A DNA stretch of 64,000 bases from Macrostomum lignano (lineage: Eukaryota): assembly GCA_002269645.1 (NCBI GenBank), contig NIVC01001395.1:1-64000 (forward strand). Direction: 5' to 3'. The notes beneath the pieces were generated by a model. That model had not been told where the DNA came from and ran no database searches. It saw only the letters and a list, made by a program, of their open reading frames with translations. This document shows, piece after piece, positions 39,152 through 52,245 of the stretch (the stretch's first letter is position 1; the number at the start of each line of letters is the position of its first letter). Made by a program: the position numbers and the translations under genes.

Positions 39152-40004
39152 TCTGAAATAAGAAATAATGCATGAATTAGACTTTAGAAATCATGTTTAT
39201 TTGGCTTATAATTTATACTCAAATTTGTTTGGCCCTTTTATTCCTTCTTACATTAAATCTACTATTATTCTCCAATCCCTGTCTTTCCTTTTCCTATAAT
39301 CTTAGATACACTTTCTATATAAGCTTTCTATAGACCATTTAAGATATTATTAAATCTATTAGTTTACCAAATTAAGTAATAAAACAATTTATAAATAACA
39401 TTTACAAAAACTTAAAATGACTAATCTAATCACAACACTAGGCCTAATAATGAATATATTGTCACTTTATATTTATAATTTCTTTAATAGATTAAGTGAC
39501 CAAAAAATCCTACTAAAATAGGCACCTTATGATCTAATTAGTGATTAAATAACAGGAGTAATAGGATATAATGCCTTGTCTATAAAGAGTAAATTAAAGG
39601 CCTATTTATTAGGCCTAATTTATAAATATAAGGTTAGAACTTATTAGACTTGTAGCTATAATTATAATGAAAATTCATTATTATAGTTAATTTACTCTAC
39701 TATATGTAGACCTCTTAAAGCCTTAAATGCCCTAATAAATAGCTGTTAACTGATTTCAATATTTGTTTCACTCATATAGATGAAAGTAGTTTTATCCCTA
39801 TTTGACAAATGACAACCAAATATATAATTGTTTGGGGGGTATATAGGGGGGTTCTCCCTCTCTCCTTTCTTCCCCCTCTCCATCCCTCTCCTCCCCTATT
39901 ATATGCTCTGACAGCACAGTGCACAGACTGGCATCAGGCACAAGTTGGCAAGCCTTGCCCAGCCTAGCACTAATCATACCAATTCGCTGTACACATGCAC
40001 TCAG

Positions 40005-42399
40005 GTCGCCTTACCTAGCCGAGACTTTGTCAGCCGCGGTGCCGGCAGTCCACGCCCTAATCGTATTCTTTGTCGTGGCCAATTTCACCCGGGCCACCTT
40101 CCTCGACCCCGGCTTATATCCGCGAGCCACCGCCGAGGAGGCTAGAGAGGACGAAATCCGCGGATTATTATTTAAACCTGTCACTGTTCGAGGCTGCCAA
40201 TCAAAAATCAAATGGTGTTCAACCTGTCAGTTCTATCGGCCGCCCAGGTGTTCGCATTGTTCTGCCTGCGATCAGTGCATTGACACGTTCGATCATCATT
40301 GTCCGTGGGTTAATAACTGTATTGGCCGGCGAAATTACCGCGCATTCTTTTTCTTCTTGGTATCGTTGACTCTGCACATTGCCGGCGTGCTGGTTGCTTG
40401 CGTCTATCACATTGTGATGAATCGAGAGCGATTGAATCAAGCGGAACCAATTGTCTCTATTGTCATTATTGTAGTCGCTGGCTTGCTGTTTGTGCCTGTG
40501 ACTGGCCTGACAGGCTTTCATTTCTTCTTAGTTAGCAGGGGGCTCACGACTAATGAACAGGTTTGTTTTGGCGTTTATATTGTTTATGATTTCCTATCAT
40601 TCTTTTGTCCCATGTGTTTATTTATGAATAGATCCTCTAGAATTATCCACTATCCCATGTGGCTAGATCCCATGTAGAGATATCCCCTATCCCATGTGGC
40701 TAGATCCCATGTAGAGATATCCCCTATCCCATGTGGCTAGATCCCATGTAGAGTTATCCCCTATCCCATGTGGCTAGATCCCATGTAGAGATATCCCCTA
40801 TATCATGTGGATAGATATCCCATGTAGTTATCCACTATATCATGTGGATTGATCCCATATCCCATGTGGATTTATAGCATATCCCATGTGGATAGATGTA
40901 GATTTATCCCCTATCCCACGGGGATAGATCCCATCAAGAGTTATCCTCATTATCAACAAAGATCAACAAAGAAACAACAAAGATTTCCCCAACCCATGCT
41001 CAGGTGACGCACAAATACCCTGTCGGAGGTAATCCGTTCGATCGCGGTTGCCGGGCCAACTGTCTGTGGGCATTGTGCAGCGCCCAGTTCCCCAGGCCGT
41101 CGCGGCCCGCGGCTTCAACGGCCAAGACTGCCAGGCGAGCTCGGCAGCAGCGACTCCGGGCTGGCGACTACGCCTACGACGAGGCCAATGTCGAAGACGA
41201 CCATCACCGAGTTGTCGTGGCCTCAGCAGCCGGCGATGGCTACCCGTCAGCTCCGCCGCGTCAGCAGACACCATCGGCTTCGACCGTTGTTGTCGTTTCC
41301 CCTAGCAACAATGGCCGGCAGCAGCAGTCGGGCGGAGTTGCTAGGACGGCTTCTAGGGGAGAGCGGACAGTGAGTTGCCGCTGGTGTCTTGTCTGCTTGT
41401 TTGGCATTAGCCCCTGTCATTAGCCCCTGTCATTAGCCCCTGTCATTAGCCCCTGTCATTAGCCCCTGTCATTAGCCCCTGTTATTAGCCCCTGTCATTA
41501 GCCCCCTGTCATTAGCCCCTGTCATTAGCCCCTGTCATTAGCCCCTGTCATTAGCCCCTGTCATTAGCCCCCGTCATTAGCCCCTGTCATTAGCCCCTGT
41601 CATTAGCCCCTGTCATTAGCCCCTGTCATTAGCCCCTGTCATTAGCCCCTGTCATTAGCCCCCTGTCATTAGCTCCTGTTATTAGTCCCTGTCATTAGTC
41701 CCTGTTATTAGCCCCTGTCATTAGCCCCTGTCATTAGCTCCTGTTATTAGTCCCTGTCATTAGTCCCTGTTATTAGCCCCTGTCATTAGCCCCTGTCCTT
41801 AGCCTCTGTCATTAGCCCCTGTCATTAGCCCCTGTCATTAGCCCCTGTCATTAGCCCCTGTCATTAGCCCCTGTTATTAGCCCCTGTCATTAGCCCCTGT
41901 CCTTAGCCTCTGTCATTAGCCCCTGTCATTAGCCTCTGTCAAATTTGCCCATGTTCTTAGCCCTTGTCCATACAAAGTGTCAAGAGTCAGCCAGTGTGTC
42001 AGATCCAGTATCAGTCAGTCAGTAATTAATCTAACAGTAATTAGTGCCCGCTATTCACAATCCTGATCAACAATGGCACTTACTCCATCATCGCAACAGA
42101 TATCGCAGACCTCCGCTGGAGCTCCTGGCGCCCCCTCGGCTGTTTTTGGGATGACAATGGGAGATCCGTTGCTATCCCATTCTAATCGGTCGGATTCTTA
42201 TAATAATTTCTACAACCCTGGTGATCAGTACCAGCAACAGCAGCAGCAACAGCCCCAGATGCAGACAATACAATATCATCCCTCTAGCGGCCGAGTTAGT
42301 TTCATTCAGCAGCCACAGCAACAGCAGCAGCAGATTCTTTATCATCACCAGGCCTCTGCGTCCAATATTGATCCTAATCAACGCGTTGTACCATTTTAA
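40005..42399 (+). CDS. ZDHHC5/8: DHHC palmitoyltransferase, ZDHHC5/8-like (first exon not identified)
   Basis: Exons 40005-40560, 41004-41369 and probable 42100-42399. [55 protein letters not shown]|VT and [12 protein letters not shown] are present. The last exon is less certain. Confidence 0.9.
40650..40945. repeat. ~37-bp minisatellite (atcccatgtggctagatcccatgtagagatatcccct)
   Basis: Direct observation, ZDHHC intron. Confidence 0.9.
41405..41965. repeat. 13-bp minisatellite (attagcccctgtc)
   Basis: Direct observation, ZDHHC intron. Confidence 0.97.
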
Positions 42400-42544
42400 A
42401 TCTTATTCACCAATAAGACTAATCAAAGAGTTAATTTTTGCTATTTTGTTTTAATATACTAATTACTGTGTATTTCTGTGTTTGTCTGTTATTATTAAAT
42501 ATGTAATTTTATTATTAGTAACTTCAATTCCGAGCTTATTCATG

Positions 42545-42735
42545 GAATGGTCATTAGCTAATTTAAATGGTCAGTGGCTACTTTAAATGGTCATTGGCTA
42601 CTTTAATTTGTCATTCGTTACTTTAAATGCTCATTGGCTACTTGAAATGGTATTATTGGTTACTTTAGTTGGTTATGAGCTACTTTAGTTGATCATTGGC
42701 TACTTTAAATGGTCATTGGTCACTTTAACTGGTCA
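42545..42735. repeat. Degenerate 20-bp repeat (ggtcattggctactttaaat)
   Basis: About 9 imperfect units. Confidence 0.8.
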
Positions 42736-43305
42736 TTAGACGCTAGAGTTCGAATGCCAGTAAAAATATAATTGGAAAAAATGTTTAAAAGTTTTAAAGC
42801 TCACACTCAGCTCTCGATTATGTTGTGTGCTATAGAGTTTTTTGTATACTAAAACAGCTTTAATTGTTATTTGTTACCTGCGTGTCTGTGCGCGCAAGTG
42901 AGCGGTATTGTAATTTTGCAGCTTTTACCTTTTATTAAATAATTGTAGTGGCTTAAGGCTACTTGATAATATTCAGGTGTCAATCATCAACCGTTCAGAG
43001 TCAGTCAGTCAGATAAAGTCAGTATTTGGTATTCATTTATTTTCGCCTAAATGTTTTATTTTTCATTTTTTTTCTCTTCTAGTCTTGTCGTCGACTTTAT
43101 AGTCCCATGGGGCGGGTAATGTGTGCAATATGTTTGTAATTAAATTAGAGTAGTAAGTAACTAATGGCTTTTTTAGTTTACTTTTTTCCTTTTCTTTACT
43201 TTTCAAGTACGAAACGGTTAATGGCGCTGATAGCCGCGAAGCATGATTGTATGTTATTGGTATTTGTGCCATAGACATTTATGCCGAAGCCCCGCTTGTG
43301 ACCAT

Positions 43306-43694
43306 GTTTTTATTGGAGGCAGGGAGGCGGGGGTTGTGTGCACCCTGGCGCATTGTAAGCGACATTGTCACACAACTGGCGAGAGGCATTGCTGCTGCCC
43401 ATTCCGCCGACTACCCTGAGCAGGCACACAAGCGCGCGGATGCGTACGCAGTCATACGCACAGGCACACACTCACACAGGAGTGTACAGCGGCCCTAACT
43501 TCATTTATCGTTAGGCATGTACACTTCACTGTGCCTTGGGGGGGGTTGGCCTTCAAGCTGGGCGTTAATTGCACGAGCAGAGCCAAGTCGAGATTCCAAT
43601 TTAGCCCCAAATTAATGTGACTGCACTGGGAATCGAGCCTGGACAGCGTAGCTACGTAGCTACGTAGCTACGTTAAAGTAGCTACGGACCCAGA
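43306..43694 (-). mobile_element. tRNA-derived SINE family A copy with rearranged head
   Basis: Body aligns with 6656-7023. The head contains tandem cgtagcta. Probable TSD cttgtgaccat (43295-43305) / cttttgaccat (43695-43705). Confidence 0.85.
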
Positions 43695-44614
43695 CTTTTG
43701 ACCATAGACTATTTTACTCTTAAAAGAATCGAGTCACTGATTTTTCAATGGTAATTGACCGATTTTTTTGCTAGTTAGACGCGTCGCGCCCCATGAGGAC
43801 TATTAGAAAGTCCAGTATTGTACTGTACAGTATTTGTATTTCCACTGGCATTGTAGGACCATGTCGCCGAAGGTGTTGCAAAAGGGTGCCACACTACACA
43901 CAAAATAATCTCGATCTAGTGCTAATTAATATGAATAAATGTATAGAGAATTACTATTAAATAACTGCAGCAGTTGCGTCATTGTAAAGAGTTTCTCTAT
44001 ACGTAGTTTGAGTTTGTTAATTAAATTCAGGTAAAAGGTTTCGACAAGTCTGTGTTATTACTATCAATGATATTATTTTAATTATTTATTGCCTTTTTGT
44101 ATTAAATCTGTTTAGCACCAACGACCCGTTCTATGCAATCAGTGTTTTCTGCGGCGTGTGAAGTACAGCTTACTTGTTTGCTTTCTCTCTCTTTAGTACT
44201 TGTAGTTTATTATTAACTCAATCATATTTGTATAGGCGCTGCTATTGCTAAAGTACTCGTACAATATAAAAGAGATTGTCATTTAGAAAATAACAGTTAG
44301 CCGGAGTTAATCGCAATCTCTCATTCATAAATTTTGACCTGAAAAAAACTTAGCGCTTATTTTGTACACTTTTTGTTTTTCTATCTATTAATGCATTGAT
44401 TTTTTGTATGTTAATACAAAAGATAGATATTATTTGTTAACTGTAGTCTAACGCGCTATATGTAGTGCTGTTCAAAATGTCATCTGTATCAGTGTTTTTC
44501 TTAACTATGTCAGTCTAATAAATTCAATGGCTTTCTGGATGTTTGCAAATGTTTTTGATTCGTTTTTGTTTTTTATATTGTTTATTTCAGAACCACAGCC
44601 ACCTCACACCTCTC

Positions 44615-45070
44615 CACCCACCCCCTCACTCACTGAATGTACACTCGGCTTCAGTCAGACCCGCACCCACCCCTCACTCACTGAATGTACACTCGGTTTC
44701 AGTCAGACCCGCACCCACCCCTCACTCACTGAATGTACACTCGGTTTCAGTCAGACCCGCACCCACCCCCTCCCTACCCTGAATATACACTCGGCTTCAG
44801 TCAGACCCGCACCCACCCCCTCACTCACTGAATGTACACTGCTCCAGTCAGACCTGCACCCACCCCCTTCCTACCCTGAATATACACTCGGCTTCAGTCA
44901 GACCCGCACCCACCCCTCACTCACTGAATGTACACTCTGCTCCAGTCAGACCTGCACCCACCCCCTCCCTATCCTGAATGCTCCAATCAGACTAGCCATA
45001 GAATGTACACTAGTCACCCGGCTCCAATCAGACTAGCCATAGAATGTACACTAGTCACCCGGCTCCAATC
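44615..45070. repeat. ~49-bp minisatellite (cactgaatgtacactcggcttcagtcagacccgcacccacccctcact) plus a 36-bp dimer
   Basis: Direct observation, upstream of the nischarin ATG. Confidence 0.9.
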
Positions 45071-45209
45071 AAACGCATAACAACAGACCGTAGGATAAAA
45101 TTTTCATTTTAATCTCACTTTCCTGCTAACTAGAACTATGCAAGTGCAATAATTTTTTTCAAAGCAGATTTTTTGAAAAAAACAAATATTTTGCGCACAA
45201 CATCTTGTC

Positions 45210-48200
45210 ATGGCCTCCCTAATTGACGAGACTGGACGAAGACGCATCATTAATATACGCGTAGCTGGCTTCGAAATTTCTGAAGATCACACTGTGAGAA
45301 TTACTTCTTGGGTTCATTAACGCATGAGACGTATTGTAATGCTAGACGCGTAATTATTCAACTATTATTTTAATTACAGACCTATCAGATTGAGGTGCAA
45401 ATCGATTCGGTCAAATGGCAAGTGAGGCGTCGTTTCAAAGAGTTTCATTATCTGCACGAGACTGTGAGTTTTGTTTTTTGGTGGTTTCTTATTGTCTTTA
45501 AAATTAGATAATTCTGTTGGAATCTCGTTACTAGATATAGGCACTCGTTTATCAGTGTTAAATTTGCTTGAGCATTGAAACCTGGTTATCAGGTGGTGGT
45601 TATCATGTAGTGAAACCTGGTTAAGATGTAAAGAAACCTGGTTACTAGGTAGTGAAACCTGGTTACTAGGTAGTGAAACCTGGTTATTAGGTAGTGAAAC
45701 CTGGTTATTAGGTAGTAAAACTGTTTTTCGGTAGTGAAACCTGGTTATCAGGTGGTTAAACCTGGTTACTAGGTAGTGAAACCTTGTTACTAGGTAGTGA
45801 AACCTGGTTATTAGGTAGTGAAACCTGGTTATTAGGTAGTTAAACCTGGTTATTAGGTAGTGAAACCTGGTTATCAGGCAGTGAAACCTGGTTATTAGGT
45901 AGTGGAACCTTTGGTTATTAGGTAGTGAAACCTGGTTATTAGGTAGTGAAACCTGGTTATTAGGTAGTGAAACCTGGTTAATAGGTAGTGAAACCTGGTT
46001 ACTAGGTAGTGAAACCTGGTTAATAGGTAGTGAAACCTGGTTAATAGGTAGTGGAACCTTTGGTTATTAGGTAGTGAAACCTGGTTATTAGGTAGTTAAA
46101 CCTGGTTATTAGGTAGTGAAACCTGGTTATTAGGTAGTTAAACCTGGTTATTAGGTAGTTAAACCTGGTTATTAGGTAGTTAAACCTGGTTATTAGGTAG
46201 TGAAACCTGGTTAATAGGTAGTGAAACCTGGTTACTAGGTAGTGAAACCTGGTTACTAGGTAGTGAAACCTGGTTACTAGGTAGTGAAACCTGGTTAATA
46301 GGTAGTGAAACCTGGATATCAGGTAGTAACCTGGTTACTTAATGCCGCACACCTTTCCCCGTTGGCACCACTTTCAGCTGTGCAGAGATCGCGCAACCGA
46401 AATGAAATCTGTGGCAAAATTTCCTCCAAAGAAGTCAATCGGCCACTTAACCGTGAAATTCGTACAGGACAGGCAGAAACGCCTGTCAGCTTACTTGCAA
46501 TCCTTGGTCACCGTGTTCGATAGGCCGCCTCAACCGTTTACTAAATTTATACACTGGGAAAGATATGTAGGTTAACTTTTAAATAATTCCTTTTTTGCAT
46601 ATACGAGTACACTAGGGATTGTAGCACAGTAGTAGAGTGTCGGACTCAAAACGGAAAGGTCGAGGGTTCGATTCTCGACCCATTCGGAATACGAGGTGTC
46701 CTTGAGCAAGACACTTAACTCTGCGTTGATTCAGTTCACCCAGCTGTAAAATGGGTGCCAGCATTAGCTGGGGTAATTGAGGCTGAGTGGCGACCCCCCC
46801 CCCCCAGTCCTTGGACTGAACAGCCGTACGCAGCCTTCAGATGCGCCGCGCAATCAGATGTATTCAGATGTATTAAAATGTTATTAAGTGCAAAAGTACA
46901 TGTGTACTTTACAGAGTACAAGTGCACATAAAACGTTACTATCTGGTATATTGAGATGCATTCATAAGTATAAAGCTCTTATTGTAATTAAAATACTGAA
47001 TTAGTGACTTTCAAAATTGCAAAATGTACTTTTATTACACCACAGGAGATACAGGGCATCACCGGTTCGCTCACCGAGTACTTATTCGAGAAGGGCGACC
47101 TCTGGCTAGAGAGGGGCTACCCATTCGAGTTCTCTATATTGCAATTGTACGCCATCAATCAGCGAATGCGACTGCCGGCTCCAACTTGCGGTGAGGTCCT
47201 ATGCTCGAATCCTAAAGATCAAAATATTTTTTTAATAAACGAAACTACTAATTTGATTTCGATATTGCTGCAGAACTCGGAAGCAGTTTTAAATCCGATT
47301 TTGGTCACCTGCTTGACTTCATCTCTCAGTTGGAGACCGTCAAGCTGACCGGCTCGAACAGGCGGTACGACCGCAGCAACCTGGTGCCCAACAGCCTGCA
47401 CTATGATTTGAGCCCGTTCAAGCGGCTGCTCAGGCTGCAGCTGGTTCAGGTGAGGCAGACAGACTGACAGAAAATACTAACACTAAGGTGGGACACTAGA
47501 GGAGATACTTGAGAAAAGGCACAGACAACAGGGCATATACTGAAACAGATATTGAGGCGGACACCAAGACAGGCACTGAGACAGACGCCAAGACAGACAC
47601 CAAGATAGGCACTGAGACAGACGGTCAGACAGACAGTGAGACAGACCCCAAGACAGACACTGAGACAGACACTCAGCCCCTGCCCAGGTGAACCCGGACC
47701 GCCTAGTGGGCGCTGAGCATCTCCGAGCGCAGACAGATACTAAGACAGACACTAAGACAGACACTGAGACAGACGCTAAGACAGACACTGAGACAGACAC
47801 TGAGACAGACACTGAGACAGATACTAAGACAGACACTGAGACAGACACTGAGACAGACACTGAGACAGACACTGAGACAGACACTGAGACAGACACCAAG
47901 ACAGACACTGAGACAGACACTGAGACAGACACTGAGACAGACACTGAGACAGACACTGAGACAGACACTAAGACAGACACTGAGACAGACACTGAGACAG
48001 ACACTGAGACAGACACTAAGACAGACACTGAGACAGACACTGAGACAGACACTAAGACAGACACTGAGACAGACACTAAGACAGACACTGAGACAGACAC
48101 TGAGACAGACACCAAGACAGACACTGAGACAGACACTGAGACAGACACCAAGACAGACACTGAGACAGACACTGAGACAGACACCAAGACAGACACTGAG

Positions 48201-51200
48201 ACAGACACCAAGACAGACACCGAAGCAGACACTGAGACAGACACCAAGACAGACACTGAGACAGACACTGAGACAGACACCAAGACAGACACTGAGACAG
48301 ACACTCAGCCCCTGCCCAGGTGAACCCGGACCGCCTAGTGGGCGCTGAGCATCTCCGAGCGCGCCTACTCACCCTGTCGGTGCGGGCCAGCGTCCACAGC
48401 ATCCGCCAGCTGCTCCTGCCCGAGTGGCCGCCGCACCGCCAGCTGGGCCCCGACGCGCCAGTCTACTCGGCCTGCACTAGCGCCGATTTTAGCGACAATG
48501 AACTGTCGGAAATTGACGCCGGAGTGAAACTGATGCCAAGATTGAAACGACTCCGACTGAAAGGCAACTCCATAGCGAGGCTGGATAATTTGGACGAGCT
48601 GGAGCATTTGGCCGAACTGGATCTGTCTAAAAATAGCATCACTAAATTGGACTCCGTCCATCTGCTTGTTGGCAATTTGAAAGAGTTAGAATTGGCCAAT
48701 AATCGGCTTACCGGATTAGAGGGACTAAGCAGGCTATATGGATTGGTTAGTAACTGGCTTATCTATTGCTTTTTTCTAGGGTGTGTCGCGCTTCAAAGCG
48801 AGTGAAAATGTGTTGGGAAAAGAGTGACTTAGTTAGAGTGAACTTCAAGATTGAGTGATTCAACTAAAGTGACCTGTGAGATTGAGTGACTTAATTAGCG
48901 TGACATGTAAGATTGAGTGACTTATTAGAGTGACCTGTAAGATCGAGTGACTTAATTAGAGTGTGGCCTGTAAGATTTAATGACTTAGTTGCTGACCTGT
49001 AAGATTGAGTGACTTAATTAGCGTGACATGTAAGATTGAGTGACTTATTAGAGTGACCTGTAAGATTGAGTGACTTAAAAAGAGTGTGACCTATAAGATT
49101 GAGTGACTTAATTAGAGTGACCTGTAAGATCGAGTGACTTAATTAGAGTGACCTGTAAGATTGAGTGATTTAATTAGAGTGACCTGAGGGTGAATTACTT
49201 GTAAAGTGACCTGTAAGATTGAGTGACTTAATTAGAGTAACCCGTGAGAGTGAATTACTTTTAGAGTGACTTATGTAAAGAGAGACTGACTTTTGGAGTG
49301 ACCTGTGTCCTATGAGAAAGAGTGCTTTTTAGATTGACCTGTGATAGTGAATCTTCTATTAAACTACTATATGAGTGATTGCATTTAGACGTTAGTGTGA
49401 TCGGTGTCTGCAGGAAAGAGTGAGGAATCCATGAGCACAATACTCAGACAGCATTATTAATTTAACTTTCTAAACCTCCCTTGAACTGGCCAAATCTCAG
49501 GTGACCCTGGGCCTGCAAGCCAACTTAATCTCAGACCTGTCGGAGGTCGCTCACCTGGCCAATTTGCCCCTGCTAGCCAGGCTAATCCTGGCCGATAATC
49601 CGTTAACTCAGCTAGCGGATTATCGGGTTCGCGCGTTGCAATTATTCGATTCGAGAGCCTCCGAGCTGGTGCTTGACGATGAGCATGCGACTGCAAAAGA
49701 ACTGGACACCATTGCGGTGCTGCAGGCCATCCGACGGAGTCGAGAGCTCAGCTTATCGTCTTCAGCTGCTGTTGCTGCATCCTCTTGTTCACCACCGGCT
49801 GTGCTGCCGCCAGCAGCTCTTCAACCGCCATTTCGTTGTCAGGGCGTTTTGTTAGCTTGTCCTCAGCATCCTCTGCCGCCGCTGAGCCAGGGTTGCCATG
49901 CGAAAGTCGACATTAGCATTGAGAAGCAAGTGCTGATTTTACAGCCAACAGGTTCAACTAGATCACAGCTTACTCGTAATTTCAATCGATTGCAATCTGG
50001 GTGGTTCGATTTCGATATTGGGATTCAACGGCTTTCGATTGCCAACGGTCAACCGATGGAGAGAGAGCGGTATTATTCGGAACAGTCTGAGCCGAGCTGT
50101 CAAGCAGAGGTAGATACTTACTCTGAGATGTCGACAGGTGGTGATGCACCGGAGCTCAGAACTCAATCAGAGACAGGTTGTGATGCACCTGTGCTCAATC
50201 CATCAGCCGAATCCAACAGAACTCAATCAGAGACAGGTTGTGATGCACCTGTGCTCAATCCATCAGCCGAATCCAACAGAACTCAATCAGAGACAGGTGG
50301 TGACGCACCGGAGCTCAGATATCAATCAGAGATAGGTGGTGACGCACCGGAGCTCAATCCAGCAGCAGAATCCAACAGAACTCAATCAGAGACAGGTGGT
50401 GACGCACCGGAGCTCAATCCAGCAGCAGAATCCAACAGAACTCAATCAGAGACAGGTGGTGACGCACCGGAGCTCAATCCAGCAGCAGAATCCAACAGAA
50501 TTCAATCAGAGACAGGTGGTGACGCACCGGAGCTCAATCCATCAGCCGAATCCAACAGAACTCAATCAGAGACAGGTGGTGACGCACCGGAGCTCAATCC
50601 AGCAGCAGAATCCAACAGAACTCAATCAGAGACAGGTGGTGACGCACCGGAGCTCAATCCAGCAGCAGAATCCAACAGAACTCAATCAGAGACAGGTGGT
50701 GACGCACCGGAGCTCAATCCAGCAGCAGAATCCAACAGAACTCAATCAGAGACAGGTGGTGACGCACCGGAGCTCAATCCATCAGCAGAATCCAACAGAA
50801 CTCAATCAGAGACAGGTGGTGATGCACCGGAGCTCAATCCAGCAGCAGAATCCAACAGAACTCAATCAGAGACAGGTGGTGACGCACCGGAGCTCAATCC
50901 AGCAGCAGAATCCAACAGAACTCAATCAGAGACAGGTGGTGACGCACCGGAGCTCAATCCAGCAGCAGAATCCAACAGAACTCAATCAGAGACAGGTGGT
51001 GACGCACCGGAGCTCAATCCAGCAGCAGAATCCAACAGAACTCAATCAGAGACAGGTGGTGACGCACCGGAGCTCAATCCAGCAGCAGAATCCAACAGAA
51101 CTCAATCAGAGACAGGTGGTGACGCACCGGAGCTCAATCCATCAGCAGAATCCAACAGAACTCAATCAGAGACAGGCGGTGACGCACCGGAGCTCAATCC

Positions 51201-51795
51201 AGCAGCAGAATCCAACAGAACTCAATCAGAGACAGGTGGTGACGCACCGGAGCTCAATCCATCAGCAGAATCCAACAGAACTCAATCAGAGACAGGTGGT
51301 GACGCACCGGAGCTCAATCCATCAGCAGAATCCAACAGAACTCAATCAGAGACAGGTGGTGACGCACCGGAGCTCAGATCTCAATCAGAGATAGGTGGTG
51401 ACGCACCGGAGCTCAATCCAGCAGCAGAATCCAACAGAACTCAATCAGAGACAGGTGGTGACGCACCGGAGCTCAATCCATCAGCAGAATCCAACAGAAC
51501 TCAATCAGAGACAGGTGGTGATGCACCGCTGCTCCAATCATTAACGAATCGACCAAGTACGTCCCAGAGTGAGTCATGCCCCTCGCGCGTCGATGACTCA
51601 TACACGCCGCACCAGTCGCTTCGCATTGATTTATCGTCCATCGTTTCTGCACTGCCGTCCGCTTCTTCCTGGGCAGTCTTCGGTCTGTCAGTTCGCTATA
51701 ATGACAGGCCTGTGTCAGCCGAGCCTGTTCTGCTGCTACTCAGTTTGGCTTGCGAATTCGACCGTGACAGGCTGATTAAAATGCTCAAGTCTTAG
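45210..51795 (+). CDS. NISCH: Nischarin-like PX-domain + LRR protein (~1132 aa if the last exon is read through its repeat)
   Basis: Exons 45210-45293, 45380-45463, 46378-46566, 47046-47190, 47274-47449, 48320-48745 and 49501-51795 total 3399 nt and are phase-consistent. PX motifs RRRFKEFHYLHE and FPPKKSIG; EIQGITGSLTEYLFEKGD; DFGHLLDF; LRRs; DYRVRALQLFDSRASELVLDD...KELDTIAVLQAI. All closely parallel human nischarin. Confidence 0.92.
45570..46340. repeat. 21-bp minisatellite (gaaacctggttattaggtagt)
   Basis: Direct observation, nischarin intron 2. Confidence 0.97.
46615..46885 (+). mobile_element. tRNA-derived SINE family B with CORE/Meta-like central domain
   Basis: A box gtagcacagtagtag, B box ggttcgattct, central gtgtccttgagcaagacacttaac...cacccagctgtaaaatgggt and tandem tail tcagatgtat. 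Confidence 0.7.
47465..48305. repeat. 12-bp minisatellite (gagacagacact) containing a duplicated acceptor + 43 nt of exon 6
   Basis: Direct observation; the duplicate is at 47671-47730. Confidence 0.97.
48815..49330. repeat. ~31-bp degenerate minisatellite (gagtgacctgtaagattgagtgacttaatta)
   Basis: Direct observation, nischarin intron 6. Confidence 0.92.
50126..51530 (+). repeat. 60-bp (and 39-bp variant) tandem repeat inside the nischarin ORF (TGGDAPELNPAAESNRTQSE)
   Basis: Exact 60-nt period from 50341 to 51361; the frame is open throughout. Confidence 0.97.
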
Positions 51796-51964
51796 TTGAT
51801 TCACTGCTCTTCGATGCAGAACAAGGAATTATTTAACTGTGATTGCGATTCAGCAGACACTTTTTGAGGTGAGGTGCGATGGCTGTCTACTAATTATCGA
51901 TTAGATATCCCATCGATTTTTTTCTTGCCGAATTCCTTCAAAGATACTCAGTTGCTGATCCACT

Positions 51965-52245
51965 GCCAGCCTCCCATAGTGTCAGTTGCTGGGCCTGACT
52001 CCCAGAGTGTCAGTTGCTGGGCCAGCCTCCCAGAGTGTCAGTTGCTGGGCCAGCCTCCCAGAGTGTCAGTTGCTGGGCCAGCCTCCCAGAGTGTCAGTTG
52101 CTGGGCGAGCCTCCCAGAGTGTCAGTTGCTGGGCGAGCCACCCAGATCCTCATTTGCTGGGCCAGCCTCTCAGATCCTCATTTGCTGGGCCAGCCTCCCA
52201 GATCCTCATTTGCTGGGCCAGCCTCCCAGATCCTCAGTTGTTGGT
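51965..52245. repeat. 28-bp minisatellite (gttgctgggccagcctcccagagtgtca)
   Basis: Direct observation, downstream of the nischarin stop. Confidence 0.95.
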
